This document shows, one piece after another, positions 44,759 to 52,368 of a stretch of DNA of 64,000 nucleotides. Under the pieces are notes generated by a model, which saw only the letters and a program-made list of their open reading frames with translations, did not search any database and had not been told where the DNA came from. Where the stretch lies: assembly GCA_963664405.1 (NCBI GenBank), contig OY761158.1, forward strand, positions 3,552,001 through 3,616,000, written 5' to 3'. Positions within the stretch are counted from its first letter, which is position 1. Every line of letters starts with the position of its first letter. A program made the translations under genes and the position numbers. This DNA comes from Thermoanaerobaculia bacterium (GTDB lineage: Bacteria > Acidobacteriota > Thermoanaerobaculia > Multivoradales > Multivoraceae).

Positions 44759-47236
44759 CTAAGGGTAGTAGCCGGCCAGGGTCCTCACCGTCGCCTTGGT
44801 CCCCTCAACGGTGAGATCGATGAACCTGAAGTCGTCATCGGCTGTGGTGTTGGTCGACTGATAGGCAAGGAAGTACTGAGAGCGTAGATCCTGTTGAACG
44901 AGCTCATACACCGTGTCCAGATCTTTCAGGTCTCGGATGAAGTAGCTTCGGCCGCCGGTTTCGTTGGCGAAGGAGACCAATCGACGGCGTGCTCCACCGT
45001 CGTCCATGTTGAGTCCGATCGAGTAGATGGTCACACCGGCTCGCCTGGCGTACTCGAGAGTCTCTTCGAATCCGAAGCGGCTGACCTCGTCTTTGCCGTC
45101 GGTCAGCAGGAGGACAGCTCGCTGACCTTTGATGCCGCTGAAGTAGTAGAGCGAGAACATCAGACTGTCGTAGAGCGCGGTCTGGCCTTCCGGGGTCAAC
45201 CCCTGCAGGCCGCCGCCGAGGGAGGTGTGGTCGTTGGTGAACTTGACCGCGAGATCCGGAAAGCGGTTGAAAGTCACGACCGCGGCTCGGTCCTTGGGAG
45301 TGATGGCCTGCTGAAAAAATCGCAGGGCCGCGTGCCGCGCCTGGTCCAGCCCGCCCACCATCGACGCCGAATTGTCGAGGAGAATCACCGCGTGAAATGG
45401 CAGGTTCGAGACTTTGTCGAAGCGTAGGATCTCCTGCGGCACTCCGTCCTCGAGAATCTGGAAGTCGTCTTGGGTGAGGGTCTCGATGAGCTTGCCATCG
45501 CTACCCAGGGCAGCGGCATAGAGCTCGACGAATTGGATGTCCACCTCCTCGAGGAGGTCGGTGGAGTTGATAAACACCAGATCCTCCGTCGAGTTGCCGT
45601 CGACCAGGTGGGCAACCGCGCGGACGTAAGCTGTGGCGTTCTTGGTTGGCAGGCGAATGGGCTGAGCGAAGGGCTCTTGGTAGAGAGTGGCGACTTTCTG
45701 TTCGTTGAGAAAGAACTCCACCCGCTCGAGAGTGCGCCCCTCTGGGACTTCGACATCGGCTCTGGCCTGAAGACTCTCCTCGTAGCTCCTCCCCCCGCGC
45801 GGCTCGACTAGCTTGACGGCGAAGCGATGCTCGCCGGCGTTGAGTAGGAGCCGATCCTCCGCTGCGACTAGACCCTCCGCGTCGAGGGCCTCCACTCGCA
45901 GATCACGCAAACGCGGGAAGGGGCCAAGGTCGAGCTCGACACTGAAGGGCGGGCGGTTCTTCTGCACGACTTTGATGTCGTCGAGATAGAAGGCCACCTT
46001 CTCGATCTCGCTACCGGAGATGAGGGTTTCGAAGCGGAGAAACCCCGAGTGCAGCTCGCCGCGGGGAGCCACGATACGAATTGCCGTCTCGGCATTTCCT
46101 ACGGCTTCGGTCGCTTCCTTGAAGAGGCGCATACTCTCGTTGTCTCGGTCGTCGGGGATGTCGGCGAGTATGTCCATCTCGGGAACGGTTAGGGTCTTTT
46201 CGATCAAGAACACTGCCTTCGATGTCAGATCCTCCAGTTTGACGATCAGCGTGTAGTCGGCGGGGCGGAGGTAGCGCTGAAAGGCCATCGGGATGCCTTC
46301 GGGAGGAGGCTCGTCGGCCGGGAAGCCGAATTTGTAACGAAAGTTCTCGAACAATTGGCCGTCGCGAACCACCTCGCCGGTGAGCTCGAAATTGTAAGAG
46401 CGGTAGCTGGCAAAATCTTCTACTTCGGCCACCTCCAAAGGTACGCGAACGACGCCCTGAACGACGGTGCGACTCTGTACGCGTCCTAGAAAATCGATGT
46501 CGAACTCGGCGTCGAATGTTGCGGCCCCTTCCGGGACCTCGGCGGTGAAGGCTTGGAAGGTGGCGATCCACTCTTCGCTCTTCGGTTTCGGCTTCCTGAG
46601 TACCCGATCGAGCGTGAACGTATAGTCGCTGCCGAGGTCTCGGAGGCCGACGAGTAAGGGCCTGAGGCGATTGCCGTTGATGCAGGATCGAGCCGTATCG
46701 ACGACGCGTTCGAGAGCTACCATGCCAGGGCGCCAGATCGTTGCCCGGCCCAGGCCTCCCCTGCGGACGAAAACAACCAGAAAGTGATGCTGCAGCGTGT
46801 CGCTGCCCTCGTATTGCCAGACGCTTACCGGGTTCCTCGTCTTCGAGCAGCGCACATCGAGGGTGGCGTCCGGCGGACCGTGAACGAGATAGATGCGAGA
46901 TCGATCGTCTTCGAGAGACCCGAACTCGCCCTGCACGGTGAAGACACGCTCATCCCAACGCTCCTTCGCCTCGTTTCGGCCGGTTTGCGGGTAGGGGTCA
47001 CGGATCTGCCAGAACTTGCGGATGAAGGCGTCGCGCTGGTGATCACGGCGGAGTTGAAGAAAAGCAGCTCTTTCCTTGGCCGTGATCAGGGGGTCGATCT
47101 CGGCCAACCATGCCATGAAGCGCGTCGCAAGCACTTCATCCTGCGTGTCTTCCCGAGGGCCTTTACCATCGTCGGAGTGGACCGCAGCCGCCGCCGCCGC
47201 GAGCAGGAGGAGAACCGATACACGGCGTTTCATCAT
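44759..47236 (-). CDS. Secreted GWxTD-domain / Ig-like / VWA-domain protein
   Basis: Signal peptide; FIRKFWQIRDP...DDRSRIYLVHGPPD; two Ig-like repeats (VAFYLD/VEFFLN...PF); VWA MIDAS DNSAS, TALYD, TDG. Confidence 0.8.
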   Translation of the reverse strand: MMKRRVSVLLLLAAAAAAVHSDDGKGPREDTQDEVLATRFMAWLAEIDPLITAKERAAFLQLRRDHQRDAFIRKFWQIRDPYPQTGRNEAKERWDERVFTVQGEFGSLEDDRSRIYLVHGPPDATLDVRCSKTRNPVSVWQYEGSDTLQHHFLVVFVRRGGLGRATIWRPGMVALERVVDTARSCINGNRLRPLLVGLRDLGSDYTFTLDRVLRKPKPKSEEWIATFQAFTAEVPEGAATFDAEFDIDFLGRVQSRTVVQGVVRVPLEVAEVEDFASYRSYNFELTGEVVRDGQLFENFRYKFGFPADEPPPEGIPMAFQRYLRPADYTLIVKLEDLTSKAVFLIEKTLTVPEMDILADIPDDRDNESMRLFKEATEAVGNAETAIRIVAPRGELHSGFLRFETLISGSEIEKVAFYLDDIKVVQKNRPPFSVELDLGPFPRLRDLRVEALDAEGLVAAEDRLLLNAGEHRFAVKLVEPRGGRSYEESLQARADVEVPEGRTLERVEFFLNEQKVATLYQEPFAQPIRLPTKNATAYVRAVAHLVDGNSTEDLVFINSTDLLEEVDIQFVELYAAALGSDGKLIETLTQDDFQILEDGVPQEILRFDKVSNLPFHAVILLDNSASMVGGLDQARHAALRFFQQAITPKDRAAVVTFNRFPDLAVKFTNDHTSLGGGLQGLTPEGQTALYDSLMFSLYYFSGIKGQRAVLLLTDGKDEVSRFGFEETLEYARRAGVTIYSIGLNMDDGGARRRLVSFANETGGRSYFIRDLKDLDTVYELVQQDLRSQYFLAYQSTNTTADDDFRFIDLTVEGTKATVRTLAGYYP

Positions 47237-47445
47237 CGATAGAACAGCCTAGTCGAAACTAGGGTGGCACAGCAAGATACGGGGTCGCGAGCGTCCACGG
47301 ATGCAACCAATAGCCGAAGCACTGCCGTAAAACACCTTGGTGAGAGTGGTCCAGGTCGGAAAGTCTCAGCTAACCTCCGCGTGACCCGCCACGGTATAGT
47401 ACCAACGTTGGTTTCGCGCTAGGTTGACCAGCAAGGAGAATCGTT

Positions 47446-48006
47446 ATGGCCCGCAAGTCCCTTGAAATCTCGAAAGTCGTTGTATTGGCGACGTTGTTCC
47501 TGGCCTTGTCCAGCGTTGCCTTGGCGCAACTGCCGCCGGAGGCGGTTCTCCTCGACAAGGTGAAGATCCCTCAGACCTTGACCCCCGAGAAGATCGATCC
47601 AGTCACCCTCGAGGATTGCGGCGACGATGCGATCTCTTGGACTTGGAACGACACTGAGTTTCGCGGAGCGGCCTCCAGCTCCAAGGAGTTCGAGAAGTCA
47701 CCCGAAAAGTTCGCTGCCGCGCACAAGAAAGAGCTCTATGTGCGGAATTTCATGCTCGCCATGAGCACGATCTGGTGTCCGATTACCGACGAAGTGACCC
47801 CAGGTGGGCGCAAGACGGTAGACGGCCACGGCTTGGAATGGGAAAGCTGCTGTTCCTTCTGTGATGAGGAGATGTTCCCTGAGAACTTCGAGGAGGCCCT
47901 GGTCCAGTTGCGTAAGCGAGGAGAGGTCAGCTACGAGCTGAGTGGGGGCACCTACACCGAGGGAGCCTCAAGCCCGGTCGAAGGGGCGATCGACGAGAAC
48001 GTCTAG
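47446..48006 (+). CDS. Secreted hypothetical protein with YHS/TRASH-like repeats
   Basis: AAGGAG RBS; signal peptide; DPV...EFEKSPEKF and CPIT...CCSFC. Confidence 0.6.
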   Translation: MARKSLEISKVVVLATLFLALSSVALAQLPPEAVLLDKVKIPQTLTPEKIDPVTLEDCGDDAISWTWNDTEFRGAASSSKEFEKSPEKFAAAHKKELYVRNFMLAMSTIWCPITDEVTPGGRKTVDGHGLEWESCCSFCDEEMFPENFEEALVQLRKRGEVSYELSGGTYTEGASSPVEGAIDENV

Positions 48007-48069
48007 GCTCCGGATGCGCCGTCCTTGGCGCCATCGTAAATAGATGGCGATCATTTCCGAAGGCTAGCT

Positions 48070-48633
48070 GTGCCGCGCATAACCAAGGTCTACACTCGGA
48101 CCGGCGACGACGGTACGACCGGGCTCGGTCTGGGCTCGCGAGTCGCGAAGGATGGCGCTCGTGTTGAAGCCTACGGCGCGGTCGATGAGCTCAATTCGCA
48201 GCTCGGTGTGGTCCTGGCGCTAGGTTGCGATTCCTCACTCGAGGCAGCGCTCCGAAGGATCCACAACGACCTGTTCCATCTCGGGTCGGATCTCTGTATC
48301 CCCGAGAAGGACAAGGAGACTCTTGATGTTCCGCAGATCGAGGAACGTCACATCGACGCTCTCGAGGAGTGGATGGATCGTTGGTCCGAAGAGCTCTCCC
48401 CGCTCGAGAACTTCGTCTTGCCCGGCGGATGTCCCACTGCGGCGAGCCTCCATCTCGCCCGCGCGATCTGTCGGCGGGCGGAGCGCCGGGTCGTGACCCT
48501 GGCCGGGGTCGAGCCGATCGGCGCTCACGCGCTGCGCTATCTCAACCGGCTGTCGGACGCGCTCTTCGTCGCCGCTCGCTACGAGAACCTCAAGCGGAAT
48601 TGCAAAGAGACGCTCTGGGACAGCCGAAAGTAG
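48070..48633 (+). CDS. PduO-type corrinoid adenosyltransferase
   Basis: KVYTRTGDDGTT, EAYGAVDELNS, FVLPGG, RRAER, YLNRLSD. Confidence 0.95.
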   Translation: MPRITKVYTRTGDDGTTGLGLGSRVAKDGARVEAYGAVDELNSQLGVVLALGCDSSLEAALRRIHNDLFHLGSDLCIPEKDKETLDVPQIEERHIDALEEWMDRWSEELSPLENFVLPGGCPTAASLHLARAICRRAERRVVTLAGVEPIGAHALRYLNRLSDALFVAARYENLKRNCKETLWDSRK

Positions 48634-48640
48634 GCTGCGT

Positions 48641-50359
48641 TCAGATCTCGAGAGTCTCGCGCACGACCTCTTCGAGAGTCGTCACTCCTTGGCGGAGCTT
48701 GGCGAGGCCGCTGCCGCGCAGGCCGAGCATGCCGTTGTCGAGGGCTTTCTGACGAATCTCGAAGGCACTGCCGCCGGAGAGCACGAGATCTCGGACGTCT
48801 TCGTCCAGCTCCATGACTTCGAATAGGCCCACCCGTCCTTTGTAGCCGGTGTGGCTGCATCGTTCGCAGCCTGTGCCCCGATAGAGGGTAAGGCTGTGGG
48901 CCTCGTCCTCGGAGAATCCAACGTTCATGAGGGCGGCTGGCGGGACCTCGGTCTCCTGCTTGCAGTTGCTGCAGATGCGGCGAACCAGCCGCTGCGCCCC
49001 GACGAGGTGCAGAGAGGTGGTGACCAGGAATGGCTCGATCCCCATGTTCATCAGGCGGTTGATCGTTGACGGGGCGTCGTTCGTGTGCAGGGTCGAAAGC
49101 ACTAGATGGCCTGTCATTGCGGCCTTGATCGCGACCTCCGCGGTCTCGAAGTCCCGAATCTCACCGACCAGAATGATGTTCGGATCTTGACGCAGGAACG
49201 AGCGTAGCGAGGTCGCGAAGTTGAGCCCGATAGATTCCTTTACCTGTACCTGGTTGATCCCTGGAAGGTTGAACTCCACCGGATCCTCGACGGTTATAAC
49301 GTTGACCTCGGGAGTGTTGATACGCGATAGCGCCGAGTACAGAGTATTGGTCTTTCCTGAACCGGTGGGCCCGGTCAGAAGAACCATGCCGTAGGGTTTC
49401 AGGATCGCTTGCTCGAAGCGGCGCAAGGACTCCGGCTCGAATCCCAGCTTGGTCATATCGAGTTGGAGATTGTCCTTGCCGAGGATCCTGAGCACGATCT
49501 TCTCGCCGAAGAGAGTGGGGAGAACCGAGACTCGAAAATCGAGGTCTTTGACTCGGTGAGCGATCCGGGTCTTGAGCTTGATGCGCCCATCCTGAGGCAT
49601 TCGCTTTTCTGCGATGTCGAGCCTCGCCATGATCTTCAGACGGCTGGTGATGGCCTCCTTCAACTTCAGCGGAGGATTCATCACTTCGTAGAGGATGCCG
49701 TCGATCCGGTAGCGGACCCTGTACTCCTTCTCGAAGGGTTCGATGTGAATATCTGATGCGTCCCGCTTGATTGCGTCATAGAGAATGACGTTGACGAGGC
49801 GGACGACCGGCGCGTCTTCAGAGCGCTCCTCCATCTCTTGGAGGTCGATGTCTTCCTCGTCCTCCAGGACTTCCAGGTCTGCTTCTTCCTCTTCCGAGAG
49901 ATCGTCCATGACTTTCTTCAGCTCTACGGCGCGGGTGCTTCCGTAGTAGCGATCGATCGCGGCGCGTAAAGAGTCCTCCGAAGAGACCACGGGCTCGACG
50001 GTATAACCGGTCATGAACTTGATGTCGTCGAGCGCAAATACGTTTGTCGGGTCTGTCATCGCCACGGTCAGTCTTGCCGCAGCCTTGGAGATCGGCAGGA
50101 CCGTGTACTTCCTCGACAGCTCTGCGGGGATGATCTTGATCACCGCTGGGTCGACCTTGATCTGATCGAGATCCACCGCGGGAACGCCGAAATGCTGCGA
50201 GAGGAAGTCGACGAGCTCCTTGTCGCGCATGTAGCCGAGACCGACGAGCTTGGCGTCAAGTCGGCCTCCGCTCTCACGCTGCGCAGCTAAAGCGGCGTCG
50301 AGCTGCTCTTTGCTGATCTTCCCGGCTTGTACCAGGACCGATCCCATTCGGTCATCCAT
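48641..50359 (-). CDS. pilB: Type IV-A pilus assembly ATPase PilB
   Basis: MshEN/T2SSE N-terminus, ASDIHIEP, GPTGSGKT, LRQDPNIILVGEIRD, STLHTN, CxxC..CxxC. Confidence 0.92.
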   Translation of the reverse strand: MDDRMGSVLVQAGKISKEQLDAALAAQRESGGRLDAKLVGLGYMRDKELVDFLSQHFGVPAVDLDQIKVDPAVIKIIPAELSRKYTVLPISKAAARLTVAMTDPTNVFALDDIKFMTGYTVEPVVSSEDSLRAAIDRYYGSTRAVELKKVMDDLSEEEEADLEVLEDEEDIDLQEMEERSEDAPVVRLVNVILYDAIKRDASDIHIEPFEKEYRVRYRIDGILYEVMNPPLKLKEAITSRLKIMARLDIAEKRMPQDGRIKLKTRIAHRVKDLDFRVSVLPTLFGEKIVLRILGKDNLQLDMTKLGFEPESLRRFEQAILKPYGMVLLTGPTGSGKTNTLYSALSRINTPEVNVITVEDPVEFNLPGINQVQVKESIGLNFATSLRSFLRQDPNIILVGEIRDFETAEVAIKAAMTGHLVLSTLHTNDAPSTINRLMNMGIEPFLVTTSLHLVGAQRLVRRICSNCKQETEVPPAALMNVGFSEDEAHSLTLYRGTGCERCSHTGYKGRVGLFEVMELDEDVRDLVLSGGSAFEIRQKALDNGMLGLRGSGLAKLRQGVTTLEEVVRETLEI

Positions 50360-50503
50360 TGCCTACCCCGTGTCGCGTTTGCATACGTATAGCAGCTGCC
50401 AAATATATCAACGAGCTGCGGTTTCGTCAATGAAGGGGCCGCTCACGGCGACTTTGGGCATCTGCTACGTTGGCCCCCACTGGAGCGAGATCATGAGGAG
50501 GAG

Positions 50504-50745
50504 ATGAAGGAGCCGGAGGGGGTCGCCCGTCCGGGACTCGCCGCAGCCGGGTGGCACTTCATCGCGATCTGGCTCGTCGTGAGAGTGCACTGCCTCCTCG
50601 TCTCCTGGCCGCTCTACTACTCCGACTTCGTTCTGGAGTACCCCTACCTTGTTGGGGACGGCCCCGACATCATCCTCAACGGGCTATTCATCGCCGGCGA
50701 GACCGTTCCCTATTCTGGTCGCCCGCCGTTGCTTCCCCTCGTCGA
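50504..50745 (+). pseudogene. 5' fragment of a membrane glycosyltransferase-like (GT-C) gene
   Basis: Strong RBS GAGGAG; TM helix, then YPYLVGDG and RPPLLPL; afterwards runs antisense into waaC. Confidence 0.45.
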
Positions 50746-51792
50746 CGTTGCTAGCTCGAGGGCTCGCTCGACGATTTGCTCCGGGGCCAGATTCAGCAGG
50801 CACGGCTTTACCTCTGAGAAGCCTCGGTGGCAGAAGCTACAGGGAAGGCGGTGCCATAGCGCTCTTTGCGGTGCTCCATAGGGACCCGAGCTTGCGGGGT
50901 CGGTGGGCCCGTGTATGAACAAGGTGGGAACCTCCAGAGCCTGGGCGAGGTGTAGTGGCCCGGTGTCGCCGCCGAGCACGAGGCGGGCTCCGGCAAGGAG
51001 TGCGACAAGGGAGGGAAGGTTTTCTGCCGGGGCCCGTCGCGCTGTATCGCGGCTCGAGCGCTCGAGCTCTTCGGCCATGCCAGCTTCTCCAGGGCCCGCC
51101 GAGATCAGTATCTTCCAGCCGGTACGCCGTCCGAGCTCGGCGGCGACGGCGCCCCAACGATCGGCGGGGTACTGCTTGTTTGGCCACGCGGCGCCTGGGT
51201 GAATGACGGCGTAGTCGCCCGACTCGTTGAACTTGTCAGGGCCTGCTCCGGCGAGGATCTTTTCGGGTGCGAATCCCTTGAAGTGGGTAGAGGCGCCAAG
51301 GGCCGAGGCGACGGCGAGGGCGCGGTCGACTGCGTGGGGGCCGGTGCTCGGAACCGACTCCGAGAGCCAAAGCGCGCTCGAAGGTTCGCGTCGGGACCCG
51401 CGCTCGAGGCCGATGCGTCTGTCACTCCAGCTCATCGCGGCGAGCACGCCGGCCTTGTGGTTGCCGATCAGGTCGAGGACTACTTCGGCGTCGAAGTCTC
51501 GAATGCGCCTGAACGCTCCGCCAATGTCGCGCCATGTGGCTGCCGCTAGGCGAGACTTTCTCCAGCGCCGAGTCCGAACAGTGAGGACCTCGTCGATGTC
51601 GGGATCCTGGTCCAGAAGCGGAGCGAAGACGTCTTCGACAACCCAGCCAATGTAGGCTGTCGGTAAGTGCTCCCGCAGCGCTCGCAAGGCCGGTAGGCAG
51701 TGAACGATGTCGCCGAGTGCGCTGGTGCGGACGAGGAGGACGCGAGGGGTCCCTGGTTGCTGACCAGGAGACCCTGGTTGGTCGGCCCTCAT
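50710..51792 (-). CDS. waaC: LPS heptosyltransferase (GT9, WaaC-like)
   Basis: [35 protein letters not shown]; ATG overlaps the stop of the upstream gene. Confidence 0.85.
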   Translation of the reverse strand: MRADQPGSPGQQPGTPRVLLVRTSALGDIVHCLPALRALREHLPTAYIGWVVEDVFAPLLDQDPDIDEVLTVRTRRWRKSRLAAATWRDIGGAFRRIRDFDAEVVLDLIGNHKAGVLAAMSWSDRRIGLERGSRREPSSALWLSESVPSTGPHAVDRALAVASALGASTHFKGFAPEKILAGAGPDKFNESGDYAVIHPGAAWPNKQYPADRWGAVAAELGRRTGWKILISAGPGEAGMAEELERSSRDTARRAPAENLPSLVALLAGARLVLGGDTGPLHLAQALEVPTLFIHGPTDPASSGPYGAPQRALWHRLPCSFCHRGFSEVKPCLLNLAPEQIVERALELATSTRGSNGGRPE

Positions 51793-52303
51793 TCGGTGGG
51801 CTCTGCGAGCGCCTTTGCCCGGGCTATGAGGTCTCGGGTGGCGTGGTCCTTGGGATCTCCGACAAGAACTGTCCGGCCGCCGTAGGACCGCACGGTCTCG
51901 TACTCCGGCACTTGTTCCGGTGTGCCGTAGTCGGTCCCTTTGCAGTGAACGTCCGGCCGCAGCGCCTCCAGAACCCGGGCTGGACTGTCTTCCTCGAAGA
52001 CGAGGACGTAGTCGACGGGCACGAGAGCCGCGACCAGCTCGGCGCGCTCGTTGGCGGGTACGAGAGGACGGCCGGGTCCCTTGAGGCGAGTCACGGAGGC
52101 ATCTGCGTTGACGGCAACCACCAGCGCGTCCGCCTGTTCCCTGGCTGCGAGCAGATACCTGAGATGGCCGACGTGGACGAAGTGCCTCACGACTGATCCT
52201 CTTGGGCGTGCCGTAGAGGTAACGCTCCAACACCAGGTCGGCTAGGAGGAGCACTTTCTGGCATTCGAAGCCGTCGACCAGTTCCTGTAGCCTGGCGCTG
52301 TCG
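51789..52303 (-). pseudogene. Deleted ADP-heptose synthesis genes: N-terminal RfaE1 kinase fragment joined out of frame to an RfaE2 adenylyltransferase lacking its N-terminus
   Basis: [35 protein letters not shown] (kinase start) abuts HVGHLRYL...VNADASV..LKGPGRP...KGTDY; the TNGxFD strand and kinase body are absent. Confidence 0.8.
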
Positions 52304-52368
52304 GGAAACGCTGGTCTAGGCTATCAGCGCTTGCCGTGCGCGGCGCGATGTCGGCGAATGCAAGTGTC

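Noticed and set aside
50710-52254. 514-aa ORF as a novel kinase-heptosyltransferase fusion
   Set aside because: The middle part is an off-frame reading of the rfaE2 remnant created by the deletion; waaC has its own ATG at 51792
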